Made by a program: the position numbers and the translations under genes. Below the pieces are notes generated by a model, which searched no databases, had not been told where the DNA came from, and saw only the letters and a list, made by a program, of their open reading frames with translations. Shown here one piece after another: positions 18,502 to 28,477 of a stretch of DNA of 64,000 nucleotides. The DNA comes from Candidatus Daviesbacteria bacterium RIFCSPHIGHO2_12_FULL_37_16 (GTDB lineage Bacteria; Patescibacteriota; Microgenomatia; Daviesbacterales; UBA10151), in assembly GCA_001776785.1 (NCBI GenBank), contig MFDF01000008.1:103097-167096 (forward strand). Direction: 5' to 3'. Each line of letters opens with the position of its first letter. The first letter of the stretch is position 1.

Positions 18502-19295
18502 TGGTAAATTTATCAATAATTTTCGAAGATGACTTCCTGGTGGTTATAGATAAACCGCCTAATGTTTCAGTAACAGATGAGGGAGTTAAAGCTGGTGAAG
18601 AAACCATAGCCTCAATTCTTGCTAAAGAGTTAGGTATAAAAGCTGAAAGGGGAGGGATAGTCCACAGGCTAGACAAAGCTACCTCCGGGCTTTTACTGGC
18701 AGCCAAAACCAATGAGGTAGCCCAAAAATTAAAAGACCAGTTCAAAGGCAGGACTATTAAAAAAACCTATCTGGCTTTGGTCCATGGCATAGTTCAAGAT
18801 GGTGGGGTTATCGAAGGATCTATCCGGAGAAACCCTGAAAACAGGTTTAAATTTACAGTAGATGATAGTGGAAGAGATGCTGTAACTGAGTATAAACCCT
18901 TACAACAATTTCAAATTTCGTTTTTCGAAAGAAAATTTGCTAAAGCAAACAATTTAAAATTTAAAATTATATTACAGGAATTAAATAAAAGAGAAATCAA
19001 CAAGCTAGAGCTTCAAAATTATAACCAATTCACTCTCCTTGAATGTTACCCAAAAACTGGACGTACTCACCAGATTAGGGTACATTTAAAGTACATTGGT
19101 TTTCCAATAGTAGGGGACGAAAAATACGCTGGAAGAAAGACTGCCAGGTTAGATCACCATTGGTGTCCCAGGCAATTTCTCCACGCAGCAAAATTAGAAT
19201 TTGATCACCCTGTAACAGGGGAGCGGATGGTTTTTGAAAGTCAATTGCCAAGTGACTTAAAAAAGGTTTTGGATGTTTTAGGACAATTAAGATAA
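18501..19295 (+). CDS. RluA/RluD-family pseudouridine synthase with internal low-complexity insertion
   Basis: VIDKP, HRLDKATSG, KTY.ALV, TGRTHQIRVH, PIVGD.KY, QFLHA. Confidence 0.93.
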   Translation: MVNLSIIFEDDFLVVIDKPPNVSVTDEGVKAGEETIASILAKELGIKAERGGIVHRLDKATSGLLLAAKTNEVAQKLKDQFKGRTIKKTYLALVHGIVQDGGVIEGSIRRNPENRFKFTVDDSGRDAVTEYKPLQQFQISFFERKFAKANNLKFKIILQELNKREINKLELQNYNQFTLLECYPKTGRTHQIRVHLKYIGFPIVGDEKYAGRKTARLDHHWCPRQFLHAAKLEFDHPVTGERMVFESQLPSDLKKVLDVLGQLR

Positions 19296-19353
19296 TTAAT
19301 TTACAATTTTTAATTTTCAATGAAAATTTCAAATTTAAAATTTCAAATTTAGA

Positions 19354-21012
19354 ATGGATAATATATTCTTACAGCTAGCCATAGTCTTATCCCTATCCTC
19401 CCTCTTTGGCTACCTGGTATACAGGTCAAAACTTCCTTTAGTGGTAGCGTACCTTTTAGCTGGTGTATCACTTTCTTTAATAACCTTTTTTGATATAAAA
19501 AACCTGGAAGTTTTCCACTTTCTTCCTGAAATAGGCATAGCCTTTGTACTTTTCCTTATTGGAATGGAGCTTGACCTGAGAGAAATTAAGGCACTTGGTA
19601 AGCCCATAATTTTTGCTTCACTGGGTCAGATAATTATTTCAGCTTTAGCAGGATATGCAATAGCAGGAGCTTTAGGTTTTAATTCAATAGAAAGCTTTTA
19701 TTTAGGCATTGGCCTTTCTTTTTCGTCAACTTTAGTTGTTATTAAAATGCTTCTTGAAAGAAGGGATCTGGCTTCTTTGTACGGCAAACTTTCTATTGGA
19801 ATCCTTCTTTTAGAAGACCTTGTTGCAGTTGCTTTACTTATGGTTATCTCTGTTTCCTCCTCTGCATTTTCTTTTGGTTTTCAGCAAAGCCTTCCTCTTT
19901 TAACACTTTTTCTAAAAGCCATAGGCCTATTCCTGGCAACTTTTGTCCTCTCAAAATTTGTTTTAGAAAAGCTTTTTGATGCTGTTGCTAAAAATGGGGA
20001 ACTGCTTTTTCTATCAGCTATAGCCTGGTGTTTTGTCTTTACCACGTTGGCTATTCTTACAGGTTTCTCAGTAGAGATAGGTGCATTTCTTGCAGGTGTA
20101 GCACTGGCATCTTCTCCTTACCATCTCTCAATTCAGGGTAAAATCCGCTCCCTTAGGGATTTTTTTGTTACCCTCTTTTTTGTCTATTTAGGGACTCAGG
20201 CTAAAGTTGCAGACATAATTCAATATTGGCCGGCAGTAGTTGTATTTACCTTCTATGCGCTTGCCCTTAAACCTCTAATCTATCTTTTGATACTGGGAGT
20301 CTTCGGGTTTAGAAAGCACACCCTTTTTCAAACAGCCCTTAACCTGTCACAAATTTCAGAGTTCTCGCTTATTCTTCTGCTGGTTGGATCAAAAACAGGC
20401 CTGGTTTCAACATCAGCTTTGTCCATCATGTCAGCAGTTGCAGTCCTTTCGATCATTTTTTCATCTATCATGATTTCTTACGCCAAAAAACTTTATCAAA
20501 TCCTTGCACCATTTATCGTTTTCTTTGAGAGAAAAAATAGTTCCCATATCTTAGAGTCAAAGCTGGATGAGGAGATGGAGGACCATGTAATTTTGGTTGG
20601 TGCACACAGGGTAGGGGGGCCTGTTGTTGAGTATCTTCAGAAAACTAAAATCCCATTTGTTGTTATGGACTTTAATCCCCATGTAGTGGAACAGCTTGCC
20701 AAAAAAGGCCTGAAGGTTGTTTATGGAGATCTTGGGGATACAGAAATTTTGGACTCACTCAGCTTAGAAAAAGCTAAGCTGATAATTTCCACCTCAAGGG
20801 ATATGGATGATAATGAAATTTTATTAGATGAGTGCAAAAGACGCAAAGTAAAAGCTAAGATTGTGGCCAGGGCTCTGGATGATTCCCATGCAAAAGCCTT
20901 AAAAGCTTTAGGAGCAGATTATGTAATTATGCCAGAGCAGGTTTCAGGTGACTTTTTAGTTACTCAATTAAAGTCCCATTGGCCAAACATTAGCTTCCCA
21001 GGCCTTGATTGA
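19354..21012 (+). CDS. CPA2 (Kef-type) cation/H+ antiporter with TrkA-N domain
   Basis: LFLIGMEL, FSST.V..K, GIL..ED, GAFLAG, SEFS; C-terminal VGAHRVG Rossmann fold, YGD. Confidence 0.92.
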   Translation: MDNIFLQLAIVLSLSSLFGYLVYRSKLPLVVAYLLAGVSLSLITFFDIKNLEVFHFLPEIGIAFVLFLIGMELDLREIKALGKPIIFASLGQIIISALAGYAIAGALGFNSIESFYLGIGLSFSSTLVVIKMLLERRDLASLYGKLSIGILLLEDLVAVALLMVISVSSSAFSFGFQQSLPLLTLFLKAIGLFLATFVLSKFVLEKLFDAVAKNGELLFLSAIAWCFVFTTLAILTGFSVEIGAFLAGVALASSPYHLSIQGKIRSLRDFFVTLFFVYLGTQAKVADIIQYWPAVVVFTFYALALKPLIYLLILGVFGFRKHTLFQTALNLSQISEFSLILLLVGSKTGLVSTSALSIMSAVAVLSIIFSSIMISYAKKLYQILAPFIVFFERKNSSHILESKLDEEMEDHVILVGAHRVGGPVVEYLQKTKIPFVVMDFNPHVVEQLAKKGLKVVYGDLGDTEILDSLSLEKAKLIISTSRDMDDNEILLDECKRRKVKAKIVARALDDSHAKALKALGADYVIMPEQVSGDFLVTQLKSHWPNISFPGLD

Positions 21013-21037
21013 CAACGTCTGCAGGCTCATTTACAAT
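21009..21037 (+). promoter_or_regulatory. Sigma70-type promoter
   Basis: TTGACA-17 bp-TACAAT upstream of 21056. Confidence 0.6.
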
Positions 21038-21055
21038 ATATATTGAGCCTAATAA

Positions 21056-21238
21056 ATGAAAAACCTCTATAAACTTTTTTTAGTTTTAGTTTTAATTTTT
21101 GTAGGCTTCTTGTTGCTTTTGGCTGGACTTAAACTTATTGAACTTGCATTAAATCTGATTTTGTATTTAGGTATAGCACTACTTACTTTGGCAGTTATTT
21201 ATTATTTTATATATCCTAATGAGAAAGGAGGGGAATAA
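21056..21238 (+). CDS. Small two-TM membrane protein
   Basis: 60 aa, two hydrophobic helices, follows the promoter. Confidence 0.55.
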   Translation: MKNLYKLFLVLVLIFVGFLLLLAGLKLIELALNLILYLGIALLTLAVIYYFIYPNEKGGE

Positions 21239-21241
21239 GAC

Positions 21242-21370
21242 ATGGGATTTGGAGACTATTACAAGGGGGATACTAAGAAAAAAAAGAAAGGACAGGGGGG
21301 CAAACAAATTTCTATAGCTCCGGTTTTTACCCCCCCAAAAGTTGCCCCTAAGGGCAAAGATAAATTCTAA
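21242..21370 (+). CDS. 42-aa Lys/Gly/Pro-rich microprotein (below ORF-track cutoff)
   Basis: MGFGDYYKGDTKKKKKGQGGKQISIAPVFTPPKVAPKGKDKF; strong SD AGGAGGGG at about 21226-21233. Confidence 0.6.
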   Translation: MGFGDYYKGDTKKKKKGQGGKQISIAPVFTPPKVAPKGKDKF

Positions 21371-21432
21371 CGCTTTAAAGCAGGCGTTTTTCCATAGAGC
21401 AGATTAAGACGGAAGAGAGGGGTCTATACCCG

Positions 21433-22470
21433 GTGTGGAAGAAATATCAAAAACAAAATAAACAGTCCAGGCAAATTAAACTCGCCTTTTTAGCGCTTGG
21501 ATTTCTACTTTTGCTGCTTTTAGTGGCAAAACTTTTTTCTGTATTCTCATCTCTCTTCCAGCCCTTTAATTCAGCTATTGATTCATCTAAAAAATACTCC
21601 TGGGATGGCAGTTCTTCAATTAATGTTCTAATTTATGGTCCCAGGATTTCATTAATAAATTTGCATCCCCAAAACAAAAACATGACTATTCTGCATATCT
21701 CTGATGATGTCTTTATGGAGCTTCCAAAAGGGTATGGCAGCTGGAAAGTAGGAAGTATTTATGATCTTGGTCAGGAGGAAAAACCTCAAATAGGATCTAA
21801 TCTTTTAAAGCTTTCCATCTCAAAATTAGTCGGTCTGCCAATAGATGGACTTATAATTCAAAAAGATTTAAGTCAGCCTTCAGTTGAAGACTTGGTTGGA
21901 GGCTGGCGCAAAAATCCATTTAACCGGTTAACCTTTTTAAGATCAATTTCAACGGATCTAACACCGATAGAATTGTATAAATTTATTAAGTCAAGCTCGT
22001 CTGTCCGTCCTGACCAAATCACATCTTTGAATTTAGCGCAGTCAAATATAACCCGCTCCCAGCTTCTGCCTGATTCCTCCAGGGTGCTTGGGGTAGATAC
22101 AATAAAGCTGGACACTTTTATCAGGGATAATATTTCTGACCCAACTTTATCTGAAGAAGATTTAACATTAGCAATCTTTAATGCAACACCTCATCCGGGT
22201 TTAGCCCAGCAAGCTCAAAGGATTATGACAAACCTGGGGATGAATGTAATTATTTTGGCAAATACAGAAAAAGTATTAGAAAAATCATTGGTATTGTCTA
22301 AAGAAGATAAGTTAAGAGAAACTGTTACCTTTAAAAAATCTGCACAGTTTTTTGCTCCCTCATGTATTAAAAAGACTTGCATAAGTAATGACTCAAAAAT
22401 TGATTCATCCAGAGCCCAAATTACCATAGTCCTGGGTGAGGATTTTTACAATTTATGGTATAGCAAATAA
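21433..22470 (+). CDS. LytR-CpsA-Psr (LCP)-like protein with LytR C-terminal domain
   Basis: N-terminal TM, K..SIY..G, LVGLPID, TDLT..EL, IFNAT..PGLA, ITIVLGED. Confidence 0.75.
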   Translation: MWKKYQKQNKQSRQIKLAFLALGFLLLLLLVAKLFSVFSSLFQPFNSAIDSSKKYSWDGSSSINVLIYGPRISLINLHPQNKNMTILHISDDVFMELPKGYGSWKVGSIYDLGQEEKPQIGSNLLKLSISKLVGLPIDGLIIQKDLSQPSVEDLVGGWRKNPFNRLTFLRSISTDLTPIELYKFIKSSSSVRPDQITSLNLAQSNITRSQLLPDSSRVLGVDTIKLDTFIRDNISDPTLSEEDLTLAIFNATPHPGLAQQAQRIMTNLGMNVIILANTEKVLEKSLVLSKEDKLRETVTFKKSAQFFAPSCIKKTCISNDSKIDSSRAQITIVLGEDFYNLWYSK

Positions 22471-22504
22471 ATTTATGGTAATCTCTCCCTAACTTTTCTA
22501 CAAA

Positions 22505-23245
22505 ATGATTTACGTTATTTTATTCATTGCAGTCTTAGTTATCTCATTTTTTCTAGCCTACCGTTCTATGAGCTCATTCCAGCAATATCCTTCAAAGCTT
22601 CAAAGTTATTCACTGTATCTGATTAAAAATATTAAAGAATTAAATTTGGATACATTAGAAAAACTCCATAATCTTTCACTTAGTTCCCAGCACCAGTTTT
22701 CACTGGAAGTGCTTTTTAAAGGCAATCAGGCAGCCCTCGCCCTCTATGCGCCTGCAACCTTCGCTCAGGCTACCCAGCTGCAGCTTTTAGAAATTGAAGA
22801 TTATTTAGAATCAAATAGTTTAAATCTTCCTGCAAACAAAACAACAGTTAATGAGATTTATGGGTGGGTAATTGCACCAAAGAATAATCCTAAAAAAATA
22901 TTAAATGTTTCCCAGGATTTTTTAAGGATGATAGATTTAGAAGCAAGTCAAAAATTCTTTTGGCAAATGGTTTTGCTGGCAGTAAAAAATGGGCAAAGCA
23001 AACAGTATCAGGCAACAATCAGGGTCATGGTAGCGGAATCAGATCCAATAAAAAGGGTAGAGCTTGCCAAAGCCATGGACAGAGAAATTGAGCAGCATAC
23101 AGGCCTGGTTAAAAATCCAAAAGCCTCATCAGCCTCTTTTGTTTTTGAAGCTTATTCTAAAAGAACTCTGGTACCAAAAGAAGTTTCTCCATTCATTCTG
23201 CAAATTGAAGAAGTATTTAACCTGCTTGGAAAATTAACCCACTAA
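22505..23245 (+). CDS. Hypothetical protein with N-terminal membrane anchor
   Basis: 246-aa ORF, N-terminal TM. Confidence 0.5.
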   Translation: MIYVILFIAVLVISFFLAYRSMSSFQQYPSKLQSYSLYLIKNIKELNLDTLEKLHNLSLSSQHQFSLEVLFKGNQAALALYAPATFAQATQLQLLEIEDYLESNSLNLPANKTTVNEIYGWVIAPKNNPKKILNVSQDFLRMIDLEASQKFFWQMVLLAVKNGQSKQYQATIRVMVAESDPIKRVELAKAMDREIEQHTGLVKNPKASSASFVFEAYSKRTLVPKEVSPFILQIEEVFNLLGKLTH

Positions 23246-23275
23246 TCTATCTATATTTTTTGGTACACTAAATCT

Positions 23276-24694
23276 ATGCAGTCTTGGTCTCAAAAAGGTT
23301 ACATAAGTGTATTTGTCATAATTTTTCTCCTGGTTCTATCTTTTGCTCTTTATCCGCTTAAATACCCAAAATCAGAGCCCGTTTCAACGTCAAACTGTCC
23401 CATTATTGGTATAGCACCCAGTTACAATCCACCTTTTATCACTCAATTTCCAGAAAACAGAGGCAATAGACAGGTTATGGTTGACTATATATTAGTTCGG
23501 GAAAATGTGATTCTTGGAGGCCGTGAGCTAATCTTAAATGCCCCTCAGGGAGAACATGCATCTGAGTGGCCAAATCATCTGACAGAACCCATCACTAAGC
23601 CAGATGGTACCACTAAACTATACAGGCCCATGTTGGCAGATGATTGGGGAGAGCTAGGCGCAAAAGATGAATTTCAGGCAGTTGGATATAACAACTTTGA
23701 CCAAGATGGCACCAAAGGAGGTGGCAACAGGATCTATAATTTTAATAAAGAAGGTTATGTCTATGCTATGCATCTAACAGATACAGGTACACCTATAACT
23801 GTAGATTTGGACCCAACTGGCCCCGGCGGAGAACCACCATTTGCCCAGATTGTTGATCTATATCAAATGAAATCCATCTATGATGATCCGAGCAGGGCTT
23901 ATGATGACGATGGAAAAATTTTTGTCTGCCCAAAAAATAGTAGGTTTTTAAGTAAAGACCTTACTTATGCTGGCTCAAGCAATGACCAGGATATATCTAT
24001 TCCAACTCAGGCTTCTAGCTCGGGTCAACAGCTCCAGCTGCAATGGTTTAAGTTTAATTTTTCCAGCAATTCACTTCTTGATGTCACTTGTAAACCTGCA
24101 ATATATCTTTATCCCAAAGAAAAGAGCTTAGTCAATGTCAAAGTTAATACTAAAGGGTTGTTAAGTTATGTAGATCCGCCATATGATCAAAAGTTTGGTT
24201 GGAATATCACAGCCTACCCTGATGGAACGATCACAACTCTGAACTCTGAACTCTTAACTCAATCCTACCCCTATCTTTACTATGAAAGCAAAATCCCGGA
24301 TCAACTTATTAAAAAACCAGATACAGGTTGGGTAGTGGAAAAAACTAAACTTATAAGCCTTCTTAATGAAAACTTACCAAAACTTGGTTTAAATTCTACC
24401 CAGACTAAAGACTTTATAGAATATTGGGAAAAAGCTTTACCTGATTCCCCATATTATTTTGTAGGAATTATAGATCAGGAGAATATAGATAATGTAGAAC
24501 CCCTGGAGATAACTCCCAAACCAGATTATATAAACAGAGTTAGGGTCTATTTTGAGACTCTAGACCAACCTAAAAAAGTCCAAGCTCCTGTCTTAACTAA
24601 TAACTATCAACTAACAACTAATAACTTTTCTGTAGTGGAATGGGGTGGAATGGTAAAAAGGGATAAAAATCACCCCTTTATTTGCAGTGAGTAG
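23276..24694 (+). CDS. Secreted/anchored protein with conserved C-terminal KP.IYLYP...VEWGG domain
   Basis: N-terminal TM; KPAIYLYP, YPYLYYE, LGLN..Q..DFI.YW, PL.I.PKPD..RV, VVEWGG. Confidence 0.6.
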   Translation: MQSWSQKGYISVFVIIFLLVLSFALYPLKYPKSEPVSTSNCPIIGIAPSYNPPFITQFPENRGNRQVMVDYILVRENVILGGRELILNAPQGEHASEWPNHLTEPITKPDGTTKLYRPMLADDWGELGAKDEFQAVGYNNFDQDGTKGGGNRIYNFNKEGYVYAMHLTDTGTPITVDLDPTGPGGEPPFAQIVDLYQMKSIYDDPSRAYDDDGKIFVCPKNSRFLSKDLTYAGSSNDQDISIPTQASSSGQQLQLQWFKFNFSSNSLLDVTCKPAIYLYPKEKSLVNVKVNTKGLLSYVDPPYDQKFGWNITAYPDGTITTLNSELLTQSYPYLYYESKIPDQLIKKPDTGWVVEKTKLISLLNENLPKLGLNSTQTKDFIEYWEKALPDSPYYFVGIIDQENIDNVEPLEITPKPDYINRVRVYFETLDQPKKVQAPVLTNNYQLTTNNFSVVEWGGMVKRDKNHPFICSE

Positions 24695-24738
24695 AGATTC
24701 TTATCTGCCTTGCCCAACAAAGCTTCAGCGGAGTTGGG

Positions 24739-25485
24739 TCAGAGTGAGCTGTCAGAAGCTTCTTCACCTGTGTCATCCTCAGGCATTTCTTTCATTAAAG
24801 AAATATTATCTGAAGAATAGGCTAAAACTCTTGATTCATCCAAAAATGAAGCCTGGTTTTTAAACTTTTTAGATCTGAAAACCTCTCTTATTAATATAGA
24901 AAGTCCATTGTTTTTAACAGATTTAATAATAACCTGGTATTTATTTCCTCCGGAAATTAATTTTTGCAGGTGGTGGGCACTATCATCAGGCAGGGCTCCC
25001 AGATACTGATTATAGGAATCTACTACTGATATACCCCTTTTTTTTGCTATCAAATTAACAATAGAACCGGGGGAGAGGGTTAAAAGTTTTTGCGGTTCAG
25101 CCACCTTTACTAAATTAACAATTTTTGTAACCCCTGGTTCTTCTAAAAATAGGGAAGGGGAGAGTGATGCTTTTAAAAGCCCGTTGCCACCTCCATTGTG
25201 GTTTAGTCCATTAGCATTTTTCTTAAATGAACTTATCTTTTTTATGTTTTTCTGGGCAATAGTGTTATAGGGGTCTATCTCCAAAACCTGGGAATATATT
25301 TTCTTGGCCAGGGTATATTTACCCAATTCAAAATAAGATTTTGCCAGTCTGTTTAAACACTCAGTATTTCCCGGCAATAGTTTAGAAAGCCTTAAATTTA
25401 TCTCTAAAGCTTTATCCCAATCACAATTCAACGCAGCATCTAAAGCTTGTCTGTAGAGATCATCACAAGTGGAGTCAGTAGCCAT
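24739..25485 (-). CDS. Tetratricopeptide-repeat protein
   Basis: A..A.W.KAL..N...P.N...LNRLA.SY.ELG.Y..A...Y..VL.IDP.N; start moved to ATG 25485. Confidence 0.8.
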   Translation of the reverse strand: MATDSTCDDLYRQALDAALNCDWDKALEINLRLSKLLPGNTECLNRLAKSYFELGKYTLAKKIYSQVLEIDPYNTIAQKNIKKISSFKKNANGLNHNGGGNGLLKASLSPSLFLEEPGVTKIVNLVKVAEPQKLLTLSPGSIVNLIAKKRGISVVDSYNQYLGALPDDSAHHLQKLISGGNKYQVIIKSVKNNGLSILIREVFRSKKFKNQASFLDESRVLAYSSDNISLMKEMPEDDTGEEASDSSL

Positions 25486-25595
25486 TTGATAGACACAAAG
25501 TATATGGTAGTCACAATACCTTGTCAACATATCAACTTATCCCAAAACCACCCCAACCGTTCTAATCTTCTAAATTTATTGTATAATCTTTTTCT

Positions 25596-26348
25596 ATGTC
25601 AGGGCATTCTAAGTGGTCAACTATAAAAAGAGCAAAAGGTGCAGCAGATATTAAAAGGGGACTTACTTTTACTAAAGTTGCCAACGCTATTACCATTGCT
25701 GCAAAACTGGGAGGGTCCGCTGATCCATCCTCAAATCCCAGGCTCAGGATGGTACTTGAACAAGCAAGGTCTGTAAATATGCCTAAAGACAATATCCAGA
25801 GGGCAATTGACAAGGGCCTCGGAAATCTTCCAGGTCAGGAAGTGGAAGAGGTTTTATATGAAGGTTTTGGTCCTGGAAAAATTGCTATTATTGCAGAGGG
25901 GGTAACAGATAATAGGTTAAGGACCAACCAGGAAGTAAAAAACCTATTTGAGCGCTCAGGCGGACATTTAGGCGGGCAGGGAAGTGTTTTATATATGTTT
26001 GATAAAGTTGGGGAGATAAAAACTACTTCTAAAGGTGGGAACTCTGAAGATGAAATGTTGGAACTCATGGACACAGGTGCGCAGGATTTAGAAGATTTTG
26101 AAAGTGATGGGGTTAAAAATTATCTTTTGTACACATCCCCAACTAAGTTGTTTGAAGTGAGTAATAAAGTTGCTCAACTAGGCTATTCTGTAGATACAGC
26201 TGAGCTTGTTTATAAGCCAAATCTAACAACCAAAATTACTGAGAAAGAGACAGCAGAAAGAGTAATAAATTTTATCGAAAGATTAGAAGAAAATGATGAT
26301 GTCCAAAAAGTATATGCAAATTTTGAATTTGAAGACAACTTATTGTAA
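25596..26348 (+). CDS. yebC: YebC/PmpR family protein
   Basis: MSGHSKWSTIK, NPRLR, NMPKDNI.RAI, YEGFGPG, TDN..RT, DDVQ.VY.N. Confidence 0.97.
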   Translation: MSGHSKWSTIKRAKGAADIKRGLTFTKVANAITIAAKLGGSADPSSNPRLRMVLEQARSVNMPKDNIQRAIDKGLGNLPGQEVEEVLYEGFGPGKIAIIAEGVTDNRLRTNQEVKNLFERSGGHLGGQGSVLYMFDKVGEIKTTSKGGNSEDEMLELMDTGAQDLEDFESDGVKNYLLYTSPTKLFEVSNKVAQLGYSVDTAELVYKPNLTTKITEKETAERVINFIERLEENDDVQKVYANFEFEDNLL

Positions 26349-26360
26349 AGTTTATCTCTG

Positions 26361-26912
26361 ATGAAAATTCTTGGTATTGATCCTGGAACAGCCTCCACAG
26401 GTTATGGAATTATTACTGTCCCTGATGACATCATGGGGAAGGAGTTTGATTACAATATTGAACTTATAGATTATGGCTTTGTCCAAACCCCAAAAGATAC
26501 ACTAATGGAAAAAAGGCTGGTTCAGCTATACTCAGAAATGAACTCAGTCATAGAAAAACACAAGCCTGATGCTATTGTCATAGAAATGCTTTTTTTTGGG
26601 GCAAATACCAGAACAGCAATTTCTGTGGGTCAGGCTAGGGGAGTGATCATGCTTTGTGCAGGCTTTCATAGTGTTTCTATAACAGAATATTCAGGGCTTA
26701 CAGTGAAGTTAATGGTTGCAGGTGCAGGCAGGTCAGACAAAAAACAAGTCCATGAAGGAGTCAGAAACTTTTTAGCCAAAATGAAAGGGGAAAAAGCAGC
26801 AGAATTATCAAGGCCTATGGCAGGTACTAAAAGGAAAAAGAGCTGGGATGATAATGCAGTAGATGCAGTAGCAATTGCCATATGCCATGTCCTAAAGTTG
26901 GCGGCGAAGTAA
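26361..26912 (+). CDS. ruvC: Holliday junction resolvase
   Basis: ILGIDPG..TGYG, IE..FF..N, GQARGV, G.G...K.QV, D...DA.AIA.CH. Confidence 0.95.
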   Translation: MKILGIDPGTASTGYGIITVPDDIMGKEFDYNIELIDYGFVQTPKDTLMEKRLVQLYSEMNSVIEKHKPDAIVIEMLFFGANTRTAISVGQARGVIMLCAGFHSVSITEYSGLTVKLMVAGAGRSDKKQVHEGVRNFLAKMKGEKAAELSRPMAGTKRKKSWDDNAVDAVAIAICHVLKLAAK

Positions 26913-26962
26913 AACGAAGCCGCCATCCTGAGGAGCCATTAAGGCGACGAAGGATCTAATAT

Positions 26963-27784
26963 ATGAAAACATACCTTGCATCAGTTAAAGATTATTCAGG
27001 ATATCTGCAGCTTAGCAAACGTCAAAAAATTATCATTGCCTCAATTTTAGTAACACTAGGTTTGATTGTTTCAACCCAAACTGTAAGCTTTTTATATGCA
27101 AAGTTTAGACTAATTTTTGTACTGGGAATTATTGGTTACCTTTTATCTTTATGGGCACTTTGGGAGGGAATGTCAAAGTCAAAGGCTTTAATTTTATTAA
27201 TATTACCAACGCTTTATACAGTTTCTGTCACCAGCTTTTATTTTCTTCTTCCTATAAGGTGGTTAACCAGGCTCCCAATAGCAGTTTTATTTGCAATCTC
27301 TTTTTATACACTTTTGCTGTCACAAAATGTATTCAATGTTGCAAGTTTGAGGACGATCCCTTTATATAGGGCTGCCTCAACCTCAAGCTTCCTTTTTACA
27401 ATCATCACATCTTTTTTTCTATATAATGTTGTCTTTGCTCTTAACTTACCATTTTACTGGAATGGGGTAGTAGTGGCATTTTTAAGCTTTCTTTTGATAA
27501 TTCAGGTCCTTTGGTCTGTAAAAATGGAAAAGATAACAGGACAAATAATAACCTATTCTTTAATACTTGGTTTGTTAATAGGTGAGGGGGCAGTGGCCTT
27601 GTCATTTTGGCCTGTTGCCCCAACTATCTGGTCCCTGGCTCTTTCTACGTATCTTTATATATTATTGGGTGTAGTGAATGATTACCTAAGGGATAGGCTT
27701 AATAAAAGACACCTCAGGGAATATATTTTTGTAGCTGCAACAGTTTTAACATTTAGTTTTTTAGTAACATCCTGGTCAGGCTAG
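26963..27784 (+). CDS. Polytopic membrane protein of unknown function
   Basis: About 9 TM helices; N.FNVA..RTIPL.RAA, FWP motif. Confidence 0.6.
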   Translation: MKTYLASVKDYSGYLQLSKRQKIIIASILVTLGLIVSTQTVSFLYAKFRLIFVLGIIGYLLSLWALWEGMSKSKALILLILPTLYTVSVTSFYFLLPIRWLTRLPIAVLFAISFYTLLLSQNVFNVASLRTIPLYRAASTSSFLFTIITSFFLYNVVFALNLPFYWNGVVVAFLSFLLIIQVLWSVKMEKITGQIITYSLILGLLIGEGAVALSFWPVAPTIWSLALSTYLYILLGVVNDYLRDRLNKRHLREYIFVAATVLTFSFLVTSWSG

Positions 27785-27787
27785 GGA

Positions 27788-28219
27788 AGTGGAGAAGTCT
27801 GCCACAGGGTAAAAAAAGGATTCGAATAATTCCCGAAACTATAGGACATATCGTGAAAAGAAAGTGATATAGTGTGATATAGTTACAGCGTTAACAATAG
27901 CAAACTATAGGGTCTACTGACCCTGCGAGAACTTCACATACTCCAAAGATCGTTGTCTTGGAGTGCTTCGTTCTCTAAAGTCTAGAGGGAGTGGACTACA
28001 CTTTCTAAGGACCTACTTGTGGATAACTTTAGCAGTTCTTACATAAGATTGTTAACCGTATTTTCATGCGTGAAAAATAAAGCGACATCATTTAGCAGAG
28101 GAGTATGGATATTAAATTATCATAAGCATGAGTGTAGAGGCATACTTTTGCTTCCTGCATCCCTGTCCCTACTAGTATTTACCTCTACTTTATTGACAAC
28201 AAGACTGCCCATATCCACT
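27788..28219. ncRNA. Candidate structured non-coding segment, unassigned
   Basis: Nested complementary segments, including ends AGTGGA/TCCACT and AGTCT/AGACT, GTTAACAAT/ATTGTTAAC, and several hairpins; no credible ORF. Confidence 0.3.
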
Positions 28220-28247
28220 ATGTCGCACAATGTAGCTTATACGACAT
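28220..28247. other. dif-like Xer recombination site (putative chromosome dimer resolution site)
   Basis: ATGTCGCACAA-TGTAGC-TTATACGACAT, 11-6-11 architecture, similar to E. coli dif GGTGCGCATAA-TGTATA-TTATGTTAAAT; KOPS converge here. Confidence 0.7.
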
Positions 28248-28477
28248 TCAGGATGCGTCTTTGCCGGAGGAGTGGTTAAACCCAATATAAAATATTAAAG
28301 ATAAAAAATCAAAAATATTTAAGCGTGGTTATTTGTGCCCGTTTTTTGTCATTTTTACTTTTTAATTTTTACTTTTTAATTTTTCCCATTACTAAAATAA
28401 CAATGTTGGGTTTGGACTGCTATATAGACCTAATCTTAAGATTACCAATTGCACCTCTCCCCTCTGCAAAAGCCGTT

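Noticed and set aside
28018-28026. oriC, based on a DnaA box
   Set aside because: Only one perfect box; KOPS polarity and gene orientation converge here, which fits a terminus
27788-28219. tmRNA, RNase P RNA or group I intron
   Set aside because: Fragments resemble tmRNA (GGATTCGA, TAAGCATG) or an intron S element, but there is no T-arm/acceptor stem, tag ending in AA, P4 consensus or matching R element
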